Assembly (NCBI GenBank): GCA_026397175.1
Contig: JAPLVK010000021.1
Coordinates: forward strand, 56,989 to 120,988
Length of the DNA stretch: 64,000 nt
Direction: 5' to 3'
From: Candidatus Berkelbacteria bacterium
GTDB lineage: Bacteria > Patescibacteriota > UBA1384 > DTJR01
The notes beneath the pieces are model-generated. The model saw nothing but the letters and a program-made list of their open reading frames with translations, did no database searches and was not told the DNA's origin. Each line of letters begins with the position of its first letter. Position 1 is the first letter of the stretch. The translations under genes were made by a program, and so were the position numbers. Below are positions 29,692 to 38,305 of the stretch, piece by piece.

Positions 29692-31764
29692 GTGGATAAA
29701 CAAGAAGCAAAAAAAAGAATCGAGGTTCTAAAAAAAGAAATCGATGAAAATCGGTATCTTTATCATGTGCAGGATAAACCGCGCGTTTCGGATGCGGTTG
29801 ATGATTCGCTCAAGCACGAGCTGGCAAAATTAGAGGAGCAATTTCCGGAGCTGGTAACTGATGATTCGCCGACGCAGCGCGTCGGCGGCAAACCGCTTGA
29901 TAAATTTGTCAAAGTTAGGCACTCAACACCGATGATTTCTTTAAATGATGTTTTTTCGTTTGATGAACTAAAAGCGTGGGAAGCTCGCCTTATTAAATTA
30001 GCCGGTGAGAAAAAAATTCGCGAATCAGGTTTCTACTGCGAATTAAAAATGGATGGATTGGCGGTAGCGCTGATTTACACAAACGGCACATTCACGCTTG
30101 GCGCAACACGCGGCGACGGACAGGTGGGGGAGGATGTAACAAATAATTTAAAAACGATAGAATCGATTCCGCTCGGTATAAAAATTAAAAATCAAAAATC
30201 CGCCGAGGAGAGTCCAGCCCTCTGGACGGCGTCAAATATCAAAATTGAGGAAGCGGAATTACCAGATGAATTCGAAATTAGGGGTGAGATTTATTTGTCA
30301 AAAAATGATTTTGAAAAATTAAATGAAGAGCAGAAAAAAAAGGGTGGGCAAATTTATGCGAACCCCCGCAACATTGCCGCGGGTTCAATTCGCCAGCTTG
30401 ACCCAAGTATTGCCGCATCACGAAATCTAAAATTTATGTCTTATCAAGTTGCCACAGAAATCGGATTAAAAAACCATTCCGAAGAGCACGAGCTAGTGGA
30501 GAAGTTAGGTTTTCAAGCAAACACGAACAATAATAAATTATGTAAAACAATCGAAGAAGTTAATGGATTTTTCGTTCATTGGAATAAACACCGAGAGGGA
30601 CTTCCATATCAAATCGACGGACTGGTTATTGGAATAAATGACCGGAAGCTTTTTAAGTCGCTCGGAATTGTCGGCAAAGCACCCAGAGCACAAATTGCAT
30701 TTAAATTTGCCGCCGAAGAAGCGACAAGCGTTGTAAAAAATATTATTGTTCAAGTTGGCCGAACGGGAAAATTAACACCCGTGGCAATTCTGGAACCGAC
30801 CGTCGTTGCCGGCTCGACCGTTTCTCGTGCCACGCTTCATAACGAGGACGAAATAAATCGCAAGGATATTAAAATCGGCGACACGGTTATTATCCGTAAA
30901 GCGGGCGATGTAATTCCCGAAGTTAAGGAAGTGATTAAAAGAATGCGATCAGGCAAAGAGAAAAAATTTTCGATGCCAAAGTCGTGTCCGGTTTGCGGAG
31001 GTGAAATTGTTAAAAGAGAAGGCGAAGTTGATTCGTATTGCAAAAACAAAAATTGCGCTATTGTCGAAATGCGCCAAATCGGACACTTTGTCTCGAAAGG
31101 GGCATTCGAGATTGATGGGCTTGGGCCAAAAATTATCGAACATTTAATTACCGAAGGTCTTATTAAAGACGCATCGGATATTTTTGATCTTAAAGTGGGG
31201 GATTTGGAACCGCTCGAGCGATTTGGCGAAAAATCAGCGCAAAATATAATCTTGGCAATTGACGAGAAGAGGGAAGTCGAACTCGACCGATTTATTTATT
31301 CGCTTGGAATTCGCCATGTCGGATCAACGATGGCAATGGACATCGCCAAGCAATTCGGAAATATAAATGACTTTCTCTCGGCCAAAGAAGGGGACTTTAA
31401 TAAAATGTATGGGGTGGGGGACAAGGTTGCGCAAAGCATTATCGAATATATAGGCGATGAGAAAAGTCAAAACTTTATAAAACGATTGATTGAGTTTGGC
31501 GTAAAAGTCAAAAATTACCACTCCCCTGTTTTGAAAAATAAATTAAGCGGAAAAACATTTATTGTTACTGGAACGCTTACGAGCATGACACGCGAGGAAG
31601 CACACAAAAAAATCATTCAATTTGGCGGCGAAGTTTCCGCTTCCATTTCCCAAAATACAAATTATTTGATTGTAGGCGATGAGCCGGGCTCAAAGCTCGA
31701 CAAGGCAAAACGGTTAGGTGTCAAAATCATCAGTGAAAAAGAATTTTTTGAAATATTGAAGTAG
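29692..31764 (+). CDS. ligA: NAD-dependent DNA ligase
   Basis: KxDG adenylation motif (CELKMDGLAV), Zn finger CPVCGGEIV…C, HhH and BRCT regions. 690 aa. Confidence 0.9.
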   Translation: MDKQEAKKRIEVLKKEIDENRYLYHVQDKPRVSDAVDDSLKHELAKLEEQFPELVTDDSPTQRVGGKPLDKFVKVRHSTPMISLNDVFSFDELKAWEARLIKLAGEKKIRESGFYCELKMDGLAVALIYTNGTFTLGATRGDGQVGEDVTNNLKTIESIPLGIKIKNQKSAEESPALWTASNIKIEEAELPDEFEIRGEIYLSKNDFEKLNEEQKKKGGQIYANPRNIAAGSIRQLDPSIAASRNLKFMSYQVATEIGLKNHSEEHELVEKLGFQANTNNNKLCKTIEEVNGFFVHWNKHREGLPYQIDGLVIGINDRKLFKSLGIVGKAPRAQIAFKFAAEEATSVVKNIIVQVGRTGKLTPVAILEPTVVAGSTVSRATLHNEDEINRKDIKIGDTVIIRKAGDVIPEVKEVIKRMRSGKEKKFSMPKSCPVCGGEIVKREGEVDSYCKNKNCAIVEMRQIGHFVSKGAFEIDGLGPKIIEHLITEGLIKDASDIFDLKVGDLEPLERFGEKSAQNIILAIDEKREVELDRFIYSLGIRHVGSTMAMDIAKQFGNINDFLSAKEGDFNKMYGVGDKVAQSIIEYIGDEKSQNFIKRLIEFGVKVKNYHSPVLKNKLSGKTFIVTGTLTSMTREEAHKKIIQFGGEVSASISQNTNYLIVGDEPGSKLDKAKRLGVKIISEKEFFEILK

Positions 31765-31851
31765 GCCATTTTTTGACAGTACTGATTTTTATATTAACTC
31801 CGATATTGTATCCGATATCAACTCAATACTACTCCAATATCGCGTTCTCTG

Positions 31852-31880
31852 TGCGATCGCACATATAGTGCGATAAATTA
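31852..31880. repeat. Direct repeat copy A (TGTGCGATCGCACATATAGTGCGATAAATT) containing the 12-bp palindrome GTGCGATCGCAC
   Basis: A near-identical copy lies at 32510-32541. The two copies flank the Cas2-fold gene. Confidence 0.7.
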
Positions 31881-31947
31881 GTTCTTCGTCCGTTTGTTGA
31901 CTTTAATTAATTAAATCTAAGTTTTAATCTGAATTTAAAGAACAAAA

Positions 31948-32472
31948 TTAGTCCAAACGGAAAAGACGCATTAGCTTCTCTTGTTGTGGGAGGTGGTCCG
32001 TGTTCAAATATGCTACGAATGGCGCAACACCGATGTTTTGACAGAGCACCGCGATTTCCTCTTGGCATTCGTAGGGATAAACCCACAAGCTTTTTTGAAT
32101 TTGGTAAAAATTAAATTCTATAAGTTTTCTTCGCAAATAATTTCTTCGTCCCTTATATTTTTCGGGTATATCATAACAAACCAAATGCCAATTTCCGTCC
32201 CAACTGTCCTTCGGTTCAATTGTGATTTCTTCTACTTCGATTTGTTTTAATAGTCGCTCACCTTTCTTGGTCAATCTGATTTCTTCACCGGACAAATATA
32301 TTGCTTTATCATTATAAAGTTTTTTAATTGTCTTTTTGTATCTATATCTCTTGTCTTTATTCAACGGCTTCAATATTTGCAACAAATTTGGAGCAAGAAT
32401 AATTGCTCCAGTAGCAAATGTTATGAGTCCAATCGTCTTAAGAATATCTTTTTGATTTTGCGAAATTGTCAT
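31948..32472 (-). CDS. Membrane-anchored protein with C-terminal Cas2/VapD-like fold
   Basis: C-terminal roughly 85 aa (WHLVCYDIPEKYKGRRNYLRRKLIEFNFYQIQKSLWVYPYE…MRLFRL) follows the Cas2 pattern LVxYDI…RR…LRK…G.R.Q.SV. N-terminal TM helix. No CRISPR array is present. Confidence 0.5.
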   Translation of the reverse strand: MTISQNQKDILKTIGLITFATGAIILAPNLLQILKPLNKDKRYRYKKTIKKLYNDKAIYLSGEEIRLTKKGERLLKQIEVEEITIEPKDSWDGNWHLVCYDIPEKYKGRRNYLRRKLIEFNFYQIQKSLWVYPYECQEEIAVLCQNIGVAPFVAYLNTDHLPQQEKLMRLFRLD

Positions 32473-32509
32473 TAATTTAATTTTACACTGTTTTAGTTAA
32501 TATCGCACT

Positions 32510-32541
32510 TTATGTGCGATCGCATATAAAGTGCGATAAAT
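32510..32541. repeat. Direct repeat copy B (TGTGCGATCGCATATAAAGTGCGATAAATT) upstream of the Cas2-fold gene
   Basis: Same palindrome plus GTGCGAT half-site as copy A. Confidence 0.7.
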
Positions 32542-32689
32542 TGATGTTGTGATTCAGAAGTGTTCGTATTGATTATGTTGTATCTTTTTTGCTAAAATTT
32601 AAAAAACTGCCGTCAAGAGACCGAATTTTGCCCTTCGTTTGGTGTCAACATAAAAAATATTTTTGGTTCACAAAGGACGAAGGCCCGGC

Positions 32690-32880
32690 CGCATCGCAGC
32701 GGCCGGGCCCCAGTAGAGTCGGATCACCTCCCGCAACCTCGGCGAGGTTGTATTTGGATGCAATAGCTACTACGGTTGACCGCGCGACATGTCTGAGCGA
32801 AGAGAGTTATGTCTCTTAGTATTGCATCTGTAAGTCGCGCCGAAAACACAGCCATAGTATTACTTCCGAGCGGGGATGTG
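32690..32880. ncRNA. GC-rich, hairpin-dense intergenic element; candidate structured RNA of unidentified class
   Basis: GGCCCGGCCGC-ATCGCA-GCGGCCGGGCC hairpin, CAACCTC-GGC-GAGGTTG hairpin, GCGCGAC…GTCGCGC long-range pair. About 60% GC in an AT-rich spacer. I could not match it to tmRNA, RNase P or SRP by eye. Confidence 0.25.
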
Positions 32881-32993
32881 AAACAACTATTTTAAATTTA
32901 ATACTTTTTTGCATCGCTTATTAAAGTAAAATTTTAGCAGAACAAACGCATTGCGTTTTGTCGGGTAAATGGTAAGATTAAGTCGAGGTAAAA

Positions 32994-33299
32994 ATGTTGA
33001 AAAGAGACGATGTTTTGCAAGTAGCGAAACTGGCGCGTTTGGAATTGTCTGACGCGCAGGTTAAAAAATTCTCCGAACAATTAAACAGTGTTTTTGAATT
33101 GTTTAAAAAAATTGAAAAAGTTGAACTTGATAATGTTGAAGAGACCTCACAAGTAACTGGCTTAAGAAATGTTTTTAAAAAAGATGAAATTAAATGCGAC
33201 GAGCAGGCGACAACTTGCAGTACAGACAATCTTTTGTCAAATATCCCCTATCGTGAAGAAAATAAAATTATTGTGCCGAGAATTATCGAGGAAAGGTAA
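32994..33299 (+). CDS. gatC: Asp/Glu-tRNA amidotransferase subunit C
   Basis: VLQVAKLARLELSDAQVKKFSEQLNSVFELFKKI. Start of the gatCAB operon. Confidence 0.85.
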   Translation: MLKRDDVLQVAKLARLELSDAQVKKFSEQLNSVFELFKKIEKVELDNVEETSQVTGLRNVFKKDEIKCDEQATTCSTDNLLSNIPYREENKIIVPRIIEER

Positions 33300-34786
33300 T
33301 GGAATTATTAACATTTTCAATTTCAGAGGTCTCGAAAATGCTTGCGGAGAAGAAAATAACTTCGCAGGAATTAACGGAATCGATTTTTGAGCGCATCAAA
33401 AAAGTGGAGCCAAAAATCTCGGCATTTGTTACACTTTTAAAAAAATCAGCATTAAAACAGGCCAAGGACTCTGATCAAAGAAGGTCAGATGGAAAAATCT
33501 TAAGCAAACTCGACGGTATTCCGATTGCGCTTAAAGATCTGCTTTGCACTAAAGGAGTCGAGACAACCGCTTCGTCAAATATCTTAAAGGGCTTTGTTCC
33601 GCCATATAACGCCACGGTCGTGAATTTACTTGAGCAAGCCGGTGCAGTTATTGTGGGAAAAACAAATTTGGATGCATTTGCACACGGTTCATCGACCGAA
33701 AACTCTGACTTTAAAACAACCAAAAACCCATGGGATACAAGCAGAGTTCCAGGTGGATCGTCCGGCGGTTCGGCCGCCGCAGTAGCGGCGGATGAATGTT
33801 TGGGTGCGATCGGAACAGACACGGGCGGATCAATTCGCCAGCCAGCCAGTTTATGTTCGGTTGTAGGACTTAAGCCAACATACGGTCGTGTATCTAGATA
33901 CGGCGTTATTGCTATGGCCTCAAGTTTAGATGTTGTTGGCCCGATTGCCAAGACGACCGAAGATGCGGCGTTAATTCTGGAAATAATTGCCGGACACGAT
34001 AAACTTGATGCAACAACGCTTAATGTGCCTGTGCCAAAATACTCAGAAAATTTGGATAAAGATATTAAAGGTCTAAAAATCGGGATTCCGAAAGAATATT
34101 TCGCAACTGGTATGGACGAAGATGTCGAAAAAGTTATTAGAGATACGATCGAAAAGATGAAAAAGATGGGAGCTGAAATTTACGAGATTTCACTTCCCCA
34201 TAGCGATTATGCTTTGGCGACTTATTATATTTTGCAGCCGGCAGAGGTAAGCTCGAATTTATCGCGATATGACGGAATTAAATATGGTTTTTCGACGCTC
34301 CGAGACAATAAAAATCAAGCGTTAGAGGATGTTTATTTCAAATCCAGGGGAGAAGGGTTTGGGGCGGAGGCCAAAAGACGCATTATGCTTGGCACTTATG
34401 TTTTGTCTGCCGGATATTACGACGCCTATTACCGAAAAGCGCTGAAATTGCGTACTTTGGTAAAGAATGATTTTGAAAGGGTCTTTGACAAATCGGCGAA
34501 TGGCGTTGATGTGATCGTAACACCGGTCTCGCCTACCCCGGCTTTTAAAATTGGAGAAAAATCAGACGACCCGGTCAAAATGTATTTAAGCGATATTTAT
34601 ACGGTACCAATCAATCCCGCAGGAGTTCCGGCAATTTCAACACCGGTCGGTTTCGTTTCTCGCGATGGTAAAAAATTGCCAGTCGGTCTTCAAATTATCG
34701 GCCCAGTCCTGGGTGAGCAAATTATTTTAAATGTTTCACACCAGCTTGAGCAAAATTTATCAATTAAAGACAAACCGGAATTATGA
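33299..34786 (+). CDS. gatA: Asp/Glu-tRNA amidotransferase subunit A (amidase)
   Basis: Amidase signature GGSSGGSAAAVAA…GTDTGGSIRQPAS. 495 aa. Confidence 0.9.
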   Translation: MELLTFSISEVSKMLAEKKITSQELTESIFERIKKVEPKISAFVTLLKKSALKQAKDSDQRRSDGKILSKLDGIPIALKDLLCTKGVETTASSNILKGFVPPYNATVVNLLEQAGAVIVGKTNLDAFAHGSSTENSDFKTTKNPWDTSRVPGGSSGGSAAAVAADECLGAIGTDTGGSIRQPASLCSVVGLKPTYGRVSRYGVIAMASSLDVVGPIAKTTEDAALILEIIAGHDKLDATTLNVPVPKYSENLDKDIKGLKIGIPKEYFATGMDEDVEKVIRDTIEKMKKMGAEIYEISLPHSDYALATYYILQPAEVSSNLSRYDGIKYGFSTLRDNKNQALEDVYFKSRGEGFGAEAKRRIMLGTYVLSAGYYDAYYRKALKLRTLVKNDFERVFDKSANGVDVIVTPVSPTPAFKIGEKSDDPVKMYLSDIYTVPINPAGVPAISTPVGFVSRDGKKLPVGLQIIGPVLGEQIILNVSHQLEQNLSIKDKPEL

Positions 34787-35214
34787 TGGCTAAATTTCAA
34801 AAACCAAATAACGATTCATCAAATCCTCTATCAATGTTTGAGCGATTGATCGGTTCTTGGATTGACAAGCTTTTTTCAAAAAATAATTTTGCAGTTTTTT
34901 CTAAAGGTGAAATAAATAAAAGATGGGGCGAGATTGAAAAAATGGATCCGCAGCTTGCCGTGATTGAAGCCGATAAATTGGTTGATACGGTTTTAAAAAG
35001 AGCTGGATTAAAAGGAGAGTCAATGGCGGAGCGATTACGCAAGACCGAAAGCCAAATCCCCCACTTTGTTTATCAGGACATGTGGGATGCGCACAAATTA
35101 AGGAATCGTTTGGTTCACGAAGTGGATCATTCGGCGAATCATTACGAATCACAACAAGCGGTTTGGAAAATGAAAAAATATTTGCTAACACTCGGAGTTT
35201 TTAAAAATGAATGA
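34783..35214 (+). CDS. HEPN-like small protein (RNxxxH motif) embedded between gatA and gatB
   Basis: AHKLRNRLVHEVDH matches the Rx4H HEPN/DUF86-type motif. It overlaps gatA by ATGA and gatB by 8 nt. Confidence 0.4.
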   Translation: MMAKFQKPNNDSSNPLSMFERLIGSWIDKLFSKNNFAVFSKGEINKRWGEIEKMDPQLAVIEADKLVDTVLKRAGLKGESMAERLRKTESQIPHFVYQDMWDAHKLRNRLVHEVDHSANHYESQQAVWKMKKYLLTLGVFKNE

Positions 35215-36655
35215 ATTTACCACAATGGATTCGACGCAGCTCACCACGAGAATCGGGCTTGAAATTCATGTTCAGCTTAATACAAAAAGCAAAATGTTTT
35301 GTGGTTGCTCTAATGATGCCGAAGACATGAAGCCAAACACAATTTTGTGTCCGATATGCTTTGGCATGCCAGGGACCCTGCCCGTGCCGAATCGCGAGGC
35401 AGTTGAAAAAACCGTGAGAATTGGTCTTGCCTTAAATTCAAAAATTGCCAAATTTTCGAAATTTGATCGCAAACACTATTTTTACCCTGACCTTCCGAAG
35501 GGCTATCAGATTAGCCAATACGACATGCCATTTTGTATTGGTGGGGAATCAACTGTAGCAGGGGAAACGATCCGATTTAACCGCGTGCATCTCGAAGAAG
35601 ATGCGGGCAAACTTTTGCACCTAAAAGGCGTAAATTATTCGATTGTAGATTTAAATCGTGCCGGGACACCGCTAGCCGAAATGGTTACAGAGCCGGATAT
35701 TACGAGTCCCGAGATGGCACGAGAGTTTTTGAAGGAATTAAGGGATCTTTTAAGATCAATTGGGGTTAGCGATGCTGATATGGAGAAAGGGCAGATGAGA
35801 TGCGATGCGAATATCTCGATAACTCGAAATTCAAAAACCAGCGACCAGCGACTAGTAACTAGCAATCCAGCCGCAATGTCAGTAATTGTGGAGATTAAAA
35901 ATCTCAATTCATTTAAATTTGTCGAAAAAGCGCTTAGCTACGAAGAAAAACGGCTCACAGAGGACTTTGAAAATTGGCCGATCAAAGTAACCAAGGTAAC
36001 TCGTGGTTTTGATTCAAATTCGGGCAAGACATATGTGCTTCGCGAAAAAGAAGAAGCCAAGGACTACCGATATTTTCCGGAACCGGACATTCCGCCGATT
36101 TATTTGCATGAAGAATTTAATATCGAAGAGATTAAAAAGTCCCTGCCGGTTTTGCCAGCACAAATTAAAGAAAAATTAATTGAGTTTGGTGTTAATCCAG
36201 ATGACACATTAGTTTTATTAAAAGACCAGAAACTGCTAAAATCGATTCTTGAATTAATTGAAAAAAAACCAGACAGGGTCGCCAAAATATCAAAAGTTAT
36301 TTTAAATTTAGTATCAGCTCGGAAACTAAATATTAGACAACTTATTGATTTGGATGAAACTATTGAAACCAATCAAGTCCCATCAAATATCGTAAGGCAA
36401 ATCGTTGACGATATTTCCTCCGAAGATCAAATGCCATCCAATATTTATCTTGGAAAATTTAAAAATACCGGTGAGGGTTTATCGGACATACTGGCAATGA
36501 TTCTTAAGGACAACCAAGATGCGGTTGATAAATATAAGTCGGGCAAAACACAGGTTCTGGGGTTTTTGGTTGGGCAAGTGATGAAATCAACTCAAGGAAA
36601 ATTTGATCCGAATCAAATCAGAAAAGAAATTATTGAGAAAATAAATCTCGCTTAA
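35207..36655 (+). CDS. gatB: Asp/Glu-tRNA amidotransferase subunit B
   Basis: GLEIHVQLNTKSKMFCGC…CPICFGMPGTLP…HLEEDAGK, the GatB signature. Confidence 0.9.
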   Translation: MNEFTTMDSTQLTTRIGLEIHVQLNTKSKMFCGCSNDAEDMKPNTILCPICFGMPGTLPVPNREAVEKTVRIGLALNSKIAKFSKFDRKHYFYPDLPKGYQISQYDMPFCIGGESTVAGETIRFNRVHLEEDAGKLLHLKGVNYSIVDLNRAGTPLAEMVTEPDITSPEMAREFLKELRDLLRSIGVSDADMEKGQMRCDANISITRNSKTSDQRLVTSNPAAMSVIVEIKNLNSFKFVEKALSYEEKRLTEDFENWPIKVTKVTRGFDSNSGKTYVLREKEEAKDYRYFPEPDIPPIYLHEEFNIEEIKKSLPVLPAQIKEKLIEFGVNPDDTLVLLKDQKLLKSILELIEKKPDRVAKISKVILNLVSARKLNIRQLIDLDETIETNQVPSNIVRQIVDDISSEDQMPSNIYLGKFKNTGEGLSDILAMILKDNQDAVDKYKSGKTQVLGFLVGQVMKSTQGKFDPNQIRKEIIEKINLA

Positions 36656-36693
36656 TTTTGATTTTAAAAAATTTTTGCGAGGAAAGGATTTAG

Positions 36694-37005
36694 ATGGCGG
36701 AAGAAGAAAAAATAAAAAAACCTTCCAGGAAAGTCCGATTAGCGAGGGAGTTTAATAGTCAATTCATCCAAACATTTTCGACACTTTTGACATCGGCTTT
36801 TGGTTTGGTTGCGGCTTTTGCATGGAATGATTTGGTTAAAGCGGCAATTGATCGTTATATTTCTTCTGGACAAGGTATGATTTCCAGATTGATTTACGCT
36901 CTTTTGGTAACGATCTTGGCGGTTTTGGTTTCATACCAGCTTGGAAAGATTGCAGCACTGTATAAAATTGAAGAAGAGGACTCAAAAGATAAAGAAGAGG
37001 ACTAG
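36694..37005 (+). CDS. Small two-TM membrane protein with acidic C-terminal tail
   Basis: Hydrophobic segments plus the EEEDSKDKEED tail. Function unknown. Confidence 0.4.
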   Translation: MAEEEKIKKPSRKVRLAREFNSQFIQTFSTLLTSAFGLVAAFAWNDLVKAAIDRYISSGQGMISRLIYALLVTILAVLVSYQLGKIAALYKIEEEDSKDKEED

Positions 37006-37078
37006 GCCAATTGATTAAGCAAATTTTTTTTAAAAATGCTACAATAAAAGTTGAAAAAGGGGATTTTAAAGGAGATTT

Positions 37079-38266
37079 ATGAATGTACAAAATAGGCCTC
37101 TGATTGTTTTTCTCGTAATCTTGAGTTTTTTGACGGGAATCATTGGGGGGATCGGGGGAATAGCTTTGGTAGCAAGTTCTAAAACGCTTCAAAAAAGTGT
37201 CGGCATAAAGACCGATTCCGGCATAGCTTTTCCGGCACAAGAAAAAGTTGAAAGCATTTCAGTCAAAGAGGACTCCGCTGTTGTCAGTTCTGTAAAAAAG
37301 GTCTCGCCGGCCGTTGTCAGCGTTGTTTTTACCAAAGATATTCAAGTGATCAATCCTTTTGGATCCCAATTTGGAATGCCGGATCAGTCGGTTCAGCAGC
37401 AACAGGGCGGAGGAAGCGGATTTATTTTGACTTCAGAAGGACTGATTGCAACCAACAAACATGTGGCTGATGTTGACGGAGCGAAATACACCGTTATTAC
37501 CCAAGAAGGAAAAAAATATGATGCGACGGTTTTAGCTAAAGATCCAAGCAGTGATTTTGCCATTTTAAAAATTGATGCCAAGGGTTTACCGGTTGTAGAA
37601 TTTGGCGATTCGGACAATCTTGATATTGGGCAAAGAGTGATTGCTATCGGAAACGCGCTCGGTGAATTTCAAAACACCGTAACTGTCGGGGTGCTATCCG
37701 GAAAGGAAAGAACCTTGACGGCAACCGATTCATCCGGTGGACAATCAGAACCACTCGAAGGACTTTTGCAAACCGATGCGGCAATTAACGAAGGCAATTC
37801 CGGCGGACCACTTCTAAATTTAAAAGGTCAGGTTATCGGAATTAATACGGCGACTGCGGCAAAGGGTCAGGCCGAGGGCTTGGGTTTTGCAATTCCGATC
37901 AATTCTCTTAAGTCGGCGGTTGATTCAATTAAGAAAACCGGAAAAATAGTCAGACCATATCTTGGAGTCAGATATGTAGTGGTTGACAGTAAAATTTCGG
38001 CAATCAAAGGAATGAAAAACGATAGTGGAATTCTGATAGTGGGAGGTACGAATCAGCCGGCTATTGTTATCGGCTCTCCGGCCGACAAAGCTGGGCTAAA
38101 AGAAGGGGATGTGATTCTAAAAGTTAACAATGATGATGTCGGCAAAGACAAGTCGCTTGTTGGAGTGTTGACTAAATATCAACCAAACGACGAAGTAACA
38201 TTGCATATCCTAAGAGATGGGAAAGAGATGGATGTAAAGGCCCGACTGGGAGAAATGCCTTCGTAG
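37079..38266 (+). CDS. htrA: HtrA/DegP-family serine protease with PDZ domain
   Basis: TM anchor, GSGFILTSEGLIATNKHV (His), DFAILKI (Asp), GNSGGPLLNLKGQVIGINTA (Ser), C-terminal PDZ. Confidence 0.85.
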   Translation: MNVQNRPLIVFLVILSFLTGIIGGIGGIALVASSKTLQKSVGIKTDSGIAFPAQEKVESISVKEDSAVVSSVKKVSPAVVSVVFTKDIQVINPFGSQFGMPDQSVQQQQGGGSGFILTSEGLIATNKHVADVDGAKYTVITQEGKKYDATVLAKDPSSDFAILKIDAKGLPVVEFGDSDNLDIGQRVIAIGNALGEFQNTVTVGVLSGKERTLTATDSSGGQSEPLEGLLQTDAAINEGNSGGPLLNLKGQVIGINTATAAKGQAEGLGFAIPINSLKSAVDSIKKTGKIVRPYLGVRYVVVDSKISAIKGMKNDSGILIVGGTNQPAIVIGSPADKAGLKEGDVILKVNNDDVGKDKSLVGVLTKYQPNDEVTLHILRDGKEMDVKARLGEMPS

Positions 38267-38305
38267 AAAAATTTAGTTTTCCGTGAGAAGATAATTGAGG
38301 GGAAA

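Noticed and set aside
31765-32600. Possible CRISPR array suggested by the Cas2-like protein and repeated 30-bp sequence
   Set aside because: There are only two repeat copies, about 650 bp apart, flanking a gene. There are no regularly spaced repeat-spacer units, so this is not a CRISPR array.
32728-32747. GGATCACCTCC, identical to the 16S 3' terminus, in the 32.7 kb spacer
   Set aside because: Only 11 nt match and the flanks do not resemble rRNA. It may be coincidental, so it is noted only within the structured-element finding.
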